Of a stretch of 64,000 nucleotides of DNA, positions 1-11,869 are shown piece by piece (the first letter of the stretch is position 1; every line of letters begins with the position of its first letter). The translations under genes were made by a program, and so were the position numbers. The notes beneath the pieces were generated by a model. The model had not been told where the DNA came from. It did no database searches and saw only the letters and a list, made by a program, of their open reading frames with translations. The DNA comes from Lama guanicoe. Lineage: Eukaryota. The stretch is from NCBI GenBank assembly GCA_013239625.1, contig MU054323.1:16248029-16312028 (forward strand), read 5' to 3'.

Positions 1-56
1 CCCAGGACCTCAGACATGCTAAGCATGAACTCTACCACTTGAGCTATACCCTCCCC
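1..56 (-). mobile_element. tRNA-derived SINE (camelid vic-1 type), cut by window edge
   Basis: Reverse complement reads ggggagggtatagctcaagtggtagagttcatgcttagcatgtctgaggtcctggg, a tRNA-like head with A box (TAGCTCAAGTGG). Same family as 8783-8908 and 11397-11490. Confidence 0.85.
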
Positions 57-59
57 ACC

Positions 60-345
60 ACTTTCTTTGAGGTGTTAACTTAGGATGTTTATCTGAGATC
101 TCTCTTTTTTTCTTAATGTAGACATTTACTGTAATAAACTTCCTTCTTAGAACTGCTTTTGCTATATCCCCTAAATTTTGGTTGTTGTGTTCCCATTTGC
201 ATTTGAATCAAGTTATTTTTTTGCTTTCCTTTTTGCTTTCTTCTTTGATCCACTGATTGTTCAGGAACATGCTGTTTAATCTCCACATATTTGTGAATTT
301 TCCAGTTTTTCTTAGAATTGATTTTTAGTTTCATAGCATTGCCAA
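60..345 (-). mobile_element. L1 ORF2 fragment (end of endonuclease domain/linker)
   Basis: The minus ORF 113..334 begins MKLKINSKK, resembling L1 ORF2 (MKLEINNKK). T-rich antisense L1 composition. Confidence 0.75.
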
Positions 346-452
346 TTTCTCAACTTCTCTGAGAGGGAATTGCTCCATGTACAGCTGTAAATTTGGTGTG
401 TTCCTGGGAGGAGGGAATTTCAGGAGCCTCCTGTGTTGTCATTTTGGTTCCT
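346..452 (-). mobile_element. L1 5' terminus (first ~105 bp of 5'UTR)
   Basis: Minus strand reads ggaaccaaaatgacaacacaggaggctcctgaaattccctcctcccaggaacacaccaaatttacagct, resembling a laurasiatherian L1 5' end (CpG-decayed AAGATGGCG YY1 motif). Confidence 0.55.
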
Positions 453-1229
453 GTTAAATTCTGAATCTATCTTATTATTTTTATTATAAAATTAATCCAT
501 TGCAATTAGAGAAATTTTTGAAGATTAAAAAATAGAAAGAAATCACTCCAAGTATTACCATTCATAAAAAAATAGTTAATAGCTTGGTGTATTTATGCCA
601 GACTCCTTTCTTTGAATTGTTAATATACTTGTGATTATACTGCATACACAATTTTTTTCCTGCCTTATAAACTTTGTTATAGCATAAACACTTCCCATTT
701 TTTAGCAAGTTCTTTATAAACATTCTAGTGGTTGCATAATATTCCATCATGTGAGTGCATGGTTGCTTATATAACCACTCAACTATTTTTGCCATCAAAT
801 AAAATTGAGGACACTGCCAAGGACACCCTTGTGCAGTGTAGACTGAATAGTTGGAGAACTTTATGGCAATATATACATCTGTGTTGAGAGGCAATATCCT
901 TTAAGGGATACAGCAACTTCGATGTGGAGCCCACGTGTGAAGGCTAGTTCCTCAGTCCTTGCAGAGTTAATGTCTCATGGGGCTCTGATTGTGCCTGGGA
1001 AGGGATGTGGGGATGGGTTAGGGTAGGAGACAGCAAAGGGGCACTAAAGACTTTGCTAGTCAACAACATTTTCTTATAGTTTCATTCGGGGGTCACACAA
1101 AACACACTGTGTCTTGTGGTTCTTGTACTCAGAAGGCTGGAGGTGAGATTTCACTGGCCCACAATTTCCTTGATGTCTCTTTATAGAGAAGCTAGACTTA
1201 CTATCTGTCCATTTAACAGAGAAGTGTCT

Positions 1230-2420
1230 TGGATTGGTGAAAGAAATTGATGAAGATACAAATAAATGGAAAGAAAATCTGTTTATGGCTCAGAAGGGTT
1301 AATACTGTTAAAATGTTCATACTATCCAAATCCACATATGGATTCATTGTAATACTTACCAAAATTCTAATGGCATTATTTATAGAAACAGAAAAAGCAA
1401 TCCTAAAATTCATACAGAACTACATAAAACCCTGAATAGTCAAAGCAATCTTGAGAAAGAAGAACAAAGCTGTAGGCATCACAATTCCTGATTTCAAATT
1501 GTACTACAAAGCTATAGTAATCAGAACAGTATGGGACTGGTATAAAAACAGACAAATAGACTAATGGAACACAGTTGAGAGCCCAGAAATAAACTCATGC
1601 TTATAAGGTTAACTAATATTTGACAAGAGAGCCAAGAATACTCAATGGAGAAAGAACAGTCTTTTCAATAAATGGTGTTGGGAAAACTGGATATTCTCAT
1701 GCAAAAGAATGAAACTATACCCCTATGATACATCATCCACAAATATCAACTCCAAATGAATGACAGACTTGAATATAAGACCTGAGACCATAAAGCCTAG
1801 AACAAAACATAAAGATACTCCTTGACATTGCAGCATTATTCTCAAAAGCCAAGACATGGAAACAACCTAAATGTCAAACAATGAATGATGGAAAAAGAAG
1901 ATGTGAGATACACACACACACACACTGAAATATTATTCAGTCATAGAAAGAAGATAATCCTGCCATTTGTGACAATATGGGTGGACTTTGAGGGCATTAT
2001 GCTAAGCGAAGTACGTCAGAAAGAGAAAGACAAATACTGTATGATCTATTATAAGTGGTATCTAAAAATATTAAACTCATAGAAACAGAGAATAGAATGG
2101 TGGTTTCCAGGGACCAAGGAGTGGGCAAAATGGGGAGATGTTGATGAAAATATACAAACTTTCAATTATAAGATGAATAAGGTCCAGGGATATAATGTAC
2201 AGCACGGTGACTCTAGTTAACAATACTGTAGTTGTATACCTGAAAGCAGCTATGAGAGTATACCTTTAATATTCTCACCATAATGACAACAGCATCATCA
2301 ACAACAAAATTAACCTTATTGTGGTAAACATTTGACAATATATACGTGTAGCAAATAATCACATTGTACATGTTAAACTTAACTATATGTCAATTATATC
2401 TCAGTAAAGCTGGAAAAAAC
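1230..2420 (+). mobile_element. 5'-truncated L1 (L1MA-like): ORF2 C-terminal part and 3'UTR, with an internal deletion
   Basis: Decayed ORF2 motifs (KMFILSKSTYGF, AILKFIQNY, tggtgttgggaaaactgg, ILPFVTIWVDFEGIMLSEVRQ). The 3' end is caattatatctcagtaaagctggaaaaaa. Confidence 0.9.
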
Positions 2421-2889
2421 TGCAATCAATCTAAAAAACCAAAAACAAAACTGAAAAACAGTGAAGTATCTTGGCTTTGCTCTGATTATCCTAGACACTG
2501 GATGACTCCTCCAATTTCTCCCTCACTCTGTCTGAAGGCTGAGTTTTCAGAGTTATTCTAGGAGCCCACCACTAGGAGATGCACCAGACTCAAGGAAGTT
2601 CGAGCAGAGCCAGGTGATTTTTGTTCCCTCTTTATCTGAGTTTTCCAGGTTCCTTTTGTTCCAGATCCATTGAAAATTGCGGGCAAAATGTCCATTTCTC
2701 AGGTCCCATTATCTCCCCAAAGCGAAAAAAGAGTGGTTTGGCCCTTCCTTTGACTTAGCAAAATAGACGGAAGGAAATGGCAAACCAGATTCCCTCTTTA
2801 AGGACAGCAATATGTGTAGCACTTGATTCCTTTCGGGGAGACATCAACACTGTTTTGCCAGTTTCTGTTCGACTGGAGAAGGTTGATGA

Positions 2890-3130
2890 TGATGGCAGTG
2901 CAAACGGTTAACACTTACAGTGTTTTTACCTCGCCTCATGCTAACAAACTTACACACTTTATTACGTTTAGTTCCCATGTACATTGTCTCAGCTCACTGA
3001 CACAACAGTCTTATTATCCCCATTTTGCAGATGAAAAAACAGAAGCACAGAGAAGTCAAGAAACTTATCCCCAGTTACCCACCTAGTAAGCAGCTGAGCT
3101 ATGATTTAATCTCAGGGTCTCTGACCCCAG
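2890..3130 (-). mobile_element. MIR SINE
   Basis: MIR core: ttattatccccattttgcagatgaaaaaacagaagcacagagaagtcaag...cccagttacccacctagtaag. Confidence 0.75.
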
Positions 3131-3452
3131 ATCTCTGACCCCTTCATTAAAAGGGGTTAACTATGAACTATACTTCCTGGTTATTTTCCCAACTTGACAG
3201 ATGAGGCTCTATCTGACAGAGGTCAGACCAGTTAAGGGACTTGTCCCAGGCCCCAGCAGGCGCAGGAAGATGCCTCGACTAGGTGTTCACTCTCCTGGTC
3301 CAGAGTATTTCCCTTCTGTGTTTTGCAGCCTCAGCATCTGAAAAAGGCCATGAGGAAGAGGAAGAGGTGGGGCTTTTTGGTGGAGAAACATTGCGGGCAT
3401 CTTAACACAGAGGGAAAGTAGAAGCCTGCTAGGTGACAGACCCTCCCATTAC

Positions 3453-3631
3453 CGGGTCCTTGTGGGCTGCGGCCACCTTGACCCTGGCTTGGGTCATGGG
3501 CTGATTCTTGGTGCTGCGCAGAGCAAGCTGGGGATGGATGGAAAGCTTGAAAGGTGTCACCTTGTTTGAATCATCCTGGCTTTGGAACTGGCTGGTCAGC
3601 TCTGCCAATAGTGGGTGGCAGCAATCTCTTC
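3453..3631 (-). other. candidate exon, 179 bp, unverified
   Basis: Acceptor gtcccttccag|GAAG and donor CCG|gtaatg. One frame is open (RDCCHPLLAELTSQFQ...AAAHKDP). The peptide is not recognised. Confidence 0.2.
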
Positions 3632-6269
3632 CTGGAAGGGACAGGTACTTTGGGTTCCTTTCTGCCACCCTTGCTTGGTTTTGTACATCGCAGTGTTGGA
3701 ATACAAAGCTAAATGGCCTTATAATCTGACTCCTGCACTTGTATGGATTTGTTTTACTCTGTCTAATCTTCTATCCCTTGGCTGCTTGTCTTCAACAAAG
3801 AGGCTCACAGCTGTCACTCAGGCAACCTCTACACCTACATCCCTGTCATCATCATTAGCTGCCTTTACATGGAAACTTTATCCTCACAGGGAAGAGTGTG
3901 ATTCAGGACTTCAAAGCTTGGCAGAGCTGTGAAGGCCCCTCTTGTGGTGGGGTAAGACACTGTCCCCGGGGTCATTTCTGCAGTATACAGCACTGAACTG
4001 CAGGGAGAGAGGGCACGTTTACCATTCTAGGAGATGATGAGAGCCAGACCAGCTCATTGAAACCCTCAGAAATTGTGGATGAATAGATGGGATAGAAAGG
4101 AGTGGGTTCTGCGGCAACAAAGGGGAGGCCCCAGTATTTCTATCCAGAATACCTGCTACAAATCACGAATGAGAAAACCTGGCTCTAAATCTTCTTCCTT
4201 CCCTCCTTCCCTTTTTTTTTTCCCCTGATAGACACACATGTATATATTTCAGTTGTAGTCAACAGTTTTGGTGACCTTTGTAACCTAAAAAAGTATTGGA
4301 CTCTGAGTTGATAATAAAGCTCAGATTAGAACACAGCTGGCTCAGCTGGTGTATGAACCCTTCTGGCTGCCAGTTTCCTTTCCTGAAAATTAGAGACTTG
4401 AACAAGAAGATCTTTTGGAACTTTTAAGACTCTCGTTAATTCTAACATTTTATTTTTGGGAAACAAATGGGAATTTCAAACTGACTTTTTGAATAAGGCA
4501 AGGATATAAATCTTTAAAAATACAGTGTGGAGAAGGGTGTCGGGGTGGGTCTTCAATCTCGTGGGTTTTCATGGATGCAAAGAGTAGACTCTTGTCAAGG
4601 CCACCTACGTGGTGTGACCTACCATAGGGATTCTAAATGAAATCCACATAGAATACTCTTCAGACTTGTGTAGCAGTTGTACAAAGTTGACCATTTATAA
4701 CCTGCTGGGGCTTGCTTGTGTGTCTTAAACACTCTTAAGACAAATAAATTGTCCCAGTGGTCTATATTTGGTGCCCATTTTTTTTTTTTTGCATCTCTGT
4801 GTATAGAGCTGAACTGAGCTGGCTGCTTGCTCTTGTTATAAATACAATGGCCCAATTGTCTCCTTGTGCCAGGGGGTGGACTATGGAGCACACCCAGAGC
4901 CCTGTGGGAACCCACAGAAGGGAGGTGGCTATTTGGACATTTAGTCTGTAGTGGAGACAAGTTAACGATCTTGCCTGGGGCATTCCAGAGTTTATTTAAC
5001 GATAAAATTGGCCCTAAATTCTCTACTGGGGCTTGTAAGTTTTGTGCTGTGTATGATAGGGTGAGGATGCAGTTAAACACACATCCTAAAGGCATTTTAA
5101 CTTGTGAGGAAATGGCAAATCCCCACTGTGATTTGAAAATACCATTTTAAAAATTGTGCCAAAAGATGTCTTTTTTTTTTAAACCCAGCTCCTATAAAGC
5201 AGAAAAACAAAATGGTAGCTTAATCTATGACTACACTTGTCAAAACAACTGATTAAAGAGTGAAAAATTCATCACCAGTGTCATGTGGATAAAGAAAATG
5301 CACTATCTGGCTGAATTATACATACACATATTTCTCCGAATTTAGTCAAACTGATTCATATCAATGTGGCCTAACTATGCCATTGGCCTGAAACTCAGTC
5401 AGTAAATTGGATATGAAAGTCTTTAATAAAGCCATATGCAATCCCCAAATCTCAGTTTCCTATTACAACTTCAGCAGGTGTTGAGATTCTAGCTTTGTTG
5501 GAGTCGGTGACAAATCTGAGTTGTGCTGGCAGTGGAGCTGTTGCTAGAGGGACATCTCTGAGCCTGAGGACGGACTCCTGGACTGCTGATAATCAGGTAT
5601 GACAAGGAAATTGAGCAGAATGGGAGGTCACCTTGTGGTGACAGCACCACCACTAACACCTTGTATTGATGGGACTTTCCTTTCAAGCCTAGGGAGCTGA
5701 GTGTGTGCTCTCTCATTAGCTGATTAGTTAAGCTAATTAAGTGGGCTCTGGGAAGGAAGGAGGATGGGGGCCAGAGGCCCTTGGTGTTTATTTCTTTTTC
5801 CGGTCTGACGAGGACAGGAGTGGTGGTGAGTAAGTGGTCAGGGAGTGCACATCTCAGGGCAGAGTGAGAAAAGCAGTGTCTTTCATTCTCTCTTGTGGAT
5901 TCTTCCCTTGACTTGTGCAAAAGCAAGCGTAGGATGGTGGACTCAGAATCCCAGGGCAGGTCTGCAGAGGAAAGATCCCCTCTGAGAGGGGAGATAATAT
6001 CGGTTGGGACAAGGAAGGCTTGTGTTAAATATACATGTCATGGCGACCCCACTATTTTAAAAGGGAAGTGGAAAGACATTGCTTTGAAAAGCTCAATTGT
6101 ACTGTGAAGTAGAGGGGATCAGGCAAAGGCATTAGGGGCTTGATGTAGCTGGGGCAAATGATGGAGCAGAGCAGGGTCTTCAAATAAAATAAGGACCAGG
6201 TCAGGAATAGGGAGATCCATGGAAAGAATCGGTTAAAAAGATGTGAGGGGAGAATGTATACTACTAAGA

Positions 6270-6452
6270 GAGAAGCCCATTGTAAACCATGGGCTTCAGT
6301 TAATAATAAAATAACACATCGGCTTATTAGCAGTAACAAACATATGGAAAAAGTTAATACTAGGGAAAGCTAGGGAGGCAGTACATGGAAACTCTACTTT
6401 TCCCCAATTTTTCTGTAAAACTATAACATCCTCCTCCATAAAGTCTATTAAA
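6270..6452 (+). mobile_element. old L1 3' end fragment (L1MC/MD-like)
   Basis: tgtaaaccatgggcttcagttaataataa...ggaaactctact...ttttctgtaaaactataacat...aaagtctattaaa. Confidence 0.6.
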
Positions 6453-6575
6453 GAGAAGGATAGAGGGAAAGGAAGAGTGAGGAGGAGATAGAGAAGAAGG
6501 AGGAGGAGGAAGAGGAGGAGAAGAAGCAGGGGGAGGAGGAGGAGGAGGACTACTATGAGAAAAGAGAAGAGTTGT
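6453..6575 (+). repeat. purine-rich (GAG/GAA)n low-complexity tract
   Basis: gaggaggaggaagaggaggagaagaag... seen directly. Confidence 0.85.
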
Positions 6576-6889
6576 GGGAAAGCAAAGAGCCTTTGTCTAG
6601 AGCTAACAAGTTAAGTCTAGTTGAGTGGAAGGTGGAAAGAAGAAGGAGAGATACTTTTGAATGCATTGGAGAGAGAGAGTAGGACCCACCCTACTCAGGA
6701 GAGAAAACAACATGTTAGAATTTCCTCAGGATCAAGGAAGCTGGGAGTGCAACAACGTCATTGCACTCAGAGAAGAGAACTTGGGTCTGACATCAAAAAG
6801 GACCATCGTCCTCTGAGACTGAGTGGGAACTACACCTACGGAGCTCCCACTGGGTTAATTAAGTGCGGGAGGGCCCGATTAATAACAAT

Positions 6890-7135
6890 AATGACACTAA
6901 TAACCATCACTTATTCTACTGAGGCATTGCGCTAAGTAAGCCCTTTATAGACATTATTTACTTACCTTAACAACCCACCACAGTGGGCACCACTTTTTAT
7001 CTCCACTTCTGGGATGAAGACGCTGAGGCTCAGGGAGGTTAAGTAACTTACTGAGGATCACAGTTTGCAAACATCAGAGCTAGGGTTTGGAACCAAGTTG
7101 GCCAATGCCACAGGCTAACTCTTAGCCATTGTGCT
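6890..7135 (-). mobile_element. MIR SINE
   Basis: ttttatctccacttctgggatgaagacgctgaggctcagggaggttaagtaacttactgaggatcacag. Confidence 0.7.
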
Positions 7136-8359
7136 TGATTCCCTGAGAGTGGCTCTCAAAATAGTCTCTTGCTTCAGAAGCAGTACTTTAAACCTCTTAC
7201 TTAAGAAGACTATTATGAAATTGTACTTTTAATATTTTGCCTCTGTAATTTGTTTCTACCACACCACATACTTCCTTATGCTACAAAAAATTTCAGTTGA
7301 AAGGGGCAAGGACAGCGTCTTTTTTTCCCTTAGTACAGAATCAATTCCTGTTTGTTGTAATCAATTTTGAAATGATAAGCACGAAGAATATGCACATAGT
7401 TATTCTTCCTAATTTCAAAGGGGGAACAGGAATCCTTATGAGATTTGTGTGCAGTTAAAAGTGGTGCCACAGATTTACTGAGCCCGTTCATGCGCCAGGC
7501 ACAGGACTAGGTGCCAAGGAAGGAAACATAAACCAGTTCCGCCCCGTTCTAAAGGAGATCATGATCGTGACAAATACGTGAAAACAGCTCCACTTTGTGT
7601 GATAAACTTGAAACTCTGTTTAATACTCACATCCCATCCAGCTCACACCATCTCTAACTCCCAAGAACTCACAGGGCTAGAGGCACCATCTCTTGTGGAA
7701 GATGTTGCAGTACAGAACCTCTCAGCTGCTGAGTCTTCATTCTGAGTCAATATCCTGTCAGTGTTTATATGCTGTGTGCAAATGGCTCAGATGAGGAAAT
7801 CAAAGCTGCGTGCAAAACCAAACCCACACACACTCCCAGCCTCATGCAAAGATCTCACACCACATTCTTGGCTGCCTCCAGTCTTGGAGAGACATAGAGG
7901 AGGAAGCTACTCAAACACTGATGGGTTCAACCTCAAGTAACTCTGGATCTGGAGTCCCTGTTTTGTGCCAAATATGATGATGGCAGGCTGGGTCCTTGGG
8001 GAGCCAACAGGACTTGGTTCACCCAGCTATGGAGTTCCCAGATGAGCTGGCGGGCTTAGCTTCGCCACCATGCCTTCTATAGGGGCCCAAATGAATTACT
8101 ATAGACCCACCGTGACCCAAGGAGCAGAGCACTCAGAGACTTGGTGTGAATGCAACCTTTCCCTCAGAGTTCACAGGCACCAGCGACTAGTTAGGTCAGC
8201 TATGTGCAATCTAGGACTAATGCATCTAGCTGCCAATTACAGAGATATGCAAGCAAGAAGACCTGTAAGGACACACTTGACATGCCTATTGTTATCAGAG
8301 ACTTGGGTAGTTAGTTACTCCTCCCAACTTATCACCCACAATTTGGAAGTATACTGCTC

Positions 8360-9600
8360 AAGTCATTCATTTAGCAAATATTATAAACCCCTTATGTGTT
8401 GGGCACAGTTCTAGGTATGGGAGATTCGGCAATGAGCAAAAATGCAAGCCACTGTACATGTCAATTGTATCTCAGTAAGGTTTTTTTTTTTTAAATAAGC
8501 CATTGTGGAGCTTACATTTATGTATGTGTAAGAGAGAGAGAATTGATCTTTCAATCAGTTAAATGCTTACTATGTTAGATGATAAGTGTGATGCAGAAAA
8601 TTTAAAAAGGGCCAGAGGGGAAGAGCGCTGCTCTGGGTAGGGGCACGTTTGCAGTTTTGAATAGGGAGCCACCCAAGGAGGTGATTAAGCAGGTCAGTGC
8701 TCTTCAGAGGGACAGAGGGATGAGCAAAGCACAAAGGCCCCGAGGGCTTGTTTAACATATTCAAGGAGCATCTGGGAGGGCAGAAGGGCCTAACTCAGTG
8801 GTAGAATGCCTGCTTAGCACGCACAAGGTCCTGGGTGCAATCTCCAGTATCCCCATTAAAAATAAATAAACCTAATTACCCCTCTGAAAATAAAAAATAA
8901 TTAAAGAAAGTATCTGGGAGGGCACAGCACAGAGGAGAGTGAGGGAAGGGAAGTCAGAGAGGCCATGCAAGGCCAGGTTGGCCTTGGCTTTTCCTATGAA
9001 AGAAAAGGGGAGCAACTGTAAGGTTTGGACAGGGGAATGACAATCTGACTTTTGTTTTAGGAGGATAAAGCTGGACGCTCTGCTGAGAAAAGACACTGAC
9101 GGGGTCCAGGGTAGAAGTTAGGAGATCAGTTAGGAGCTCTGGTAACACTGGGAATGACAGATGATGGTGACTTGGACCAAGATGGCAGCAGTGGAGGTGA
9201 TGACGAATACGTGGATTCTGGATACATTTTGTAAGTTGTGTCAACAGGATTTCACAAGAAATCAGATGGAGGATGTTAGATAAAGAGAGGAGTCAAGCAT
9301 CTGAGCGGCAGGAAAGGTGAAACTGACGTTAAGGGACAAGGGGAAGGATGGGCAGGAGCAGACTTAGGGGCAAATGTCAGCAACTTGGTTCAGCACTTGT
9401 AAGTCTGAGGTGTTTACTAGACATCCAAGTGGAGATGGAGACTATTTTGTACATGTATGGAGGTCAGGGGACAGGTCTGGGCTAGAGATAAATGATGATT
9501 TGCCGGGGGCGGGGGGGTGGTATTTACAGCTACAAGCCTGGATGAGATCACCAAAATGTGAGAGTAAATAGAGAGAAGAATTCAGCACACATGCGGGGGC
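8360..9600 (-). mobile_element. L2 LINE fragment, interrupted by a SINE
   Basis: L2 3' end (tcattcatttagcaaatatt, gggcacagttctagg). L2 body motifs: gaggccatgcaaggcc, ggagatcagttaggagct, gattctggatacattttg, ctggatgagatcacc. Confidence 0.75.
8783..8908 (+). mobile_element. tRNA-derived SINE (camelid vic-1 type) with 16-bp TSD
   Basis: A box taactcagtgg, B-box-like gggtgcaatctc, A-rich tail. TSD agcatctgggagggca (8767-8782) / agtatctgggagggca (8909-8924), 15/16 identical. Confidence 0.9.
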
Positions 9601-10409
9601 TCTGTCTTCACTGCAGCCAGAGGAGGCACGCAGTGGGGCACAGATTGTCCTACAGTTGTGTAGTTGTTCCACAGGAATAAGACTATGTCCAGCTTTTATC
9701 CTCTGTTTGAAGGAATGGTTATTTCAGCACAGAATGTCAGGATTGGCTAGGACATTAGAGATCAATTCAGTAGAATCACCTTATTTTGGAGATGGAGAAG
9801 TTGAGGGCTAGAGAAAAGTGAATTGCACCCCGCGGATAAGCTTGCTATAGAGGTGGTGTGTATGTGTGTGTGTGTAGGGATGGAGGTGTTCCCCAAGTGT
9901 TGGGTGCCTTTTGTCAGATGTGGACTCCACCTGAGTCACAGGAACTGAGAAACACAGCTTAGGGTATGGAGCTGAGATGGGGCCAAATTTTGAAGTTTGC
10001 TCCCCTCCCTTCCCCTCCTTCTTCTGAGGTGTTAGTGCTCTTAGATTCTGTAACAAGTTCTCATTAGGAAATGATTAGATATTACATCTTAAATACTTGT
10101 GTGGAATTCTTGTATTTTCTGTGCTGGTTCTTTCAAGATTAATTGCACTTGAGGTCCTATATCTTCCATGGTGGAGTGGAAGGCTTTGCAGGGGTGGGGT
10201 TGCAGTTGAGGGAGATGGGTGGTAGAATTTTATAAAGCAGTCAGCTCATGGTATTTCCTCCATGCTTCCCTGAGATATGGAAAGTGTGCAAGAGTGAGGA
10301 TAGATTGTCTTCTTTAGCATACATTATGGACCACACTATAGAGCTTCTGGTCACCCAGGGCTGGAAGCTGGGAGCTTGAATCAGGAAATAAAAGAACAAT
10401 AATGGAGTT

Positions 10410-10840
10410 TGTGGTCAAGACTATGTATTGTTTACATGCATTAAGTCATTTAATCTTTGAAACGTTCCATCAAAGGAGATGTCATTACCTTCATTTTACG
10501 AATGGGGAAATTCAGGTTCAGAGGTAACCGGAGGACAAATAACTAGAGAGGAGAAGAAGCAAGTTTTGAACTCTGGTCTCTAAGATTCCAAAGCCACACA
10601 GAGAAGTAGTTGTAAAGGGATTAAATCTATTAGATACCATGAAGATTAACAGCATGGGCTTTGGAAACAAAACAGTTGGTTTTAAATCCTGGCTCTGCCA
10701 TTTACTGGCTGTGAGATATTGGGCAAGCCTTGAACCTGGGTTTCCTGTGAAGGGTTGCTGGGAAGATTAAATGAGATAATGTATGATTAAGACATAGCAC
10801 TGTGCCTAGTGCTTTATACATGATGAATTAATGGTGGAAA
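10410..10840. mobile_element. two MIR fragments in opposite orientations
   Basis: ttcattttacgaatggggaaattcaggttcagagg (minus type). ttaaatcctggctctgccatttactggctgtg...gaagattaaatgagataatgtatg (plus type). Confidence 0.65.
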
Positions 10841-11396
10841 TAACTAGAGTTCTAACTGCCGAGAGGCTGGGCTGTAGCCCGATCGTCAGTTGGCTTAACA
10901 CTGGTTATTGAGTGTTAGCACCTTCTCAGACTAGTGGATACTCATGGTCTGGAGGGTTCAGGAAAGACACAAGTCTTAATTAGGGCCTTCAAAGATGGGT
11001 AGAGGTATTTTTTCACTGAGAATCAGAAACTTACCCCCAAAATCTTATCATTCATTTTTTAGCTATCAACTTGTTTTGAAAAATGTTTATTAGGCAAGAA
11101 AATGAACTAGACAATTCTTTTTTGAACTGGTTAGCTATATATTTTGAAGAACCTTTAAATAGAAAAGATTTGGATCACGTTTTTAACAGAAGCCCTAAGA
11201 GTGCAAGGCATTAACTTAGTTCTGACTTTCACTGCCTGACAGTTTTAGGAAAAGAGAAGAAATTTGCTTGATTTATTGTTTTATATATTTCAGTCAGGAC
11301 TGAAAATGGGCTTTTGATATTTTTACTGGTCTCTTTAGAATTTCTTGTGCAGAAGATTTTCATGAGGAATTTATTTATTCAATTTTATCAATCCAG

Positions 11397-11490
11397 GGGA
11401 GGGTAAAACTCCATGGTAGAGTGTGTGCTTGGCATGTACAAGGTCCTGGGTTCAATCCCCAGTACTTCCACTAACAACAACAACAACAAA
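11397..11490 (+). mobile_element. tRNA-derived SINE (camelid vic-1 type)
   Basis: ggggagggtaaaactccatggtagagtgtgtgcttggcatgtacaaggtcctgggttcaatccccagtac with a (caa)n tail. Imperfect TSD ttatcaatccag / ttatcaaccag. Confidence 0.85.
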
Positions 11491-11869
11491 AATTATCAAC
11501 CAGTTGTAAAACAAAAATATTTAAATAGTGAAAGGGTTCCTGAATCCAGTAAACCCGTCAGGCTGTTAGGGCTGTGACAATGACATTGGAGTTAAATATA
11601 TCAAAATTGTTGCAACACAAAGCAAATTTTATCCTCTAGGGAGTTCACAGCTGGTTTATTTCAAATTTACTGAGGTTTCAAACATTCCGATGAAGTCAGT
11701 TTAAATCTCCCTGATTCACTTTCCGAAGTGTGCATGTTTGCGTGCTTGTCTTTGCGGTCGCTGTCAGTGCTAAGATTCATAGTTGCTCCCTTTGCCAGAA
11801 CTGGTGGGGGTAGGGGGCCCTCATTTCTGTGTCTTTGAGGTTACCATAAGGGCTGAGCTCACATTTGTG

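Noticed and set aside
4619..5926. Longest ORFs: 158 aa (4619..5095) and 145 aa (5489..5926)
   Set aside because: No recognisable homology, composition typical of random non-coding frames, and no supporting gene structure.
1..11490. tRNA-like sequences at 1-56, 8783-8908 and 11397-11490 as real tRNA genes
   Set aside because: They have A-rich tails, TSDs and degenerate stems, so they are SINE heads.
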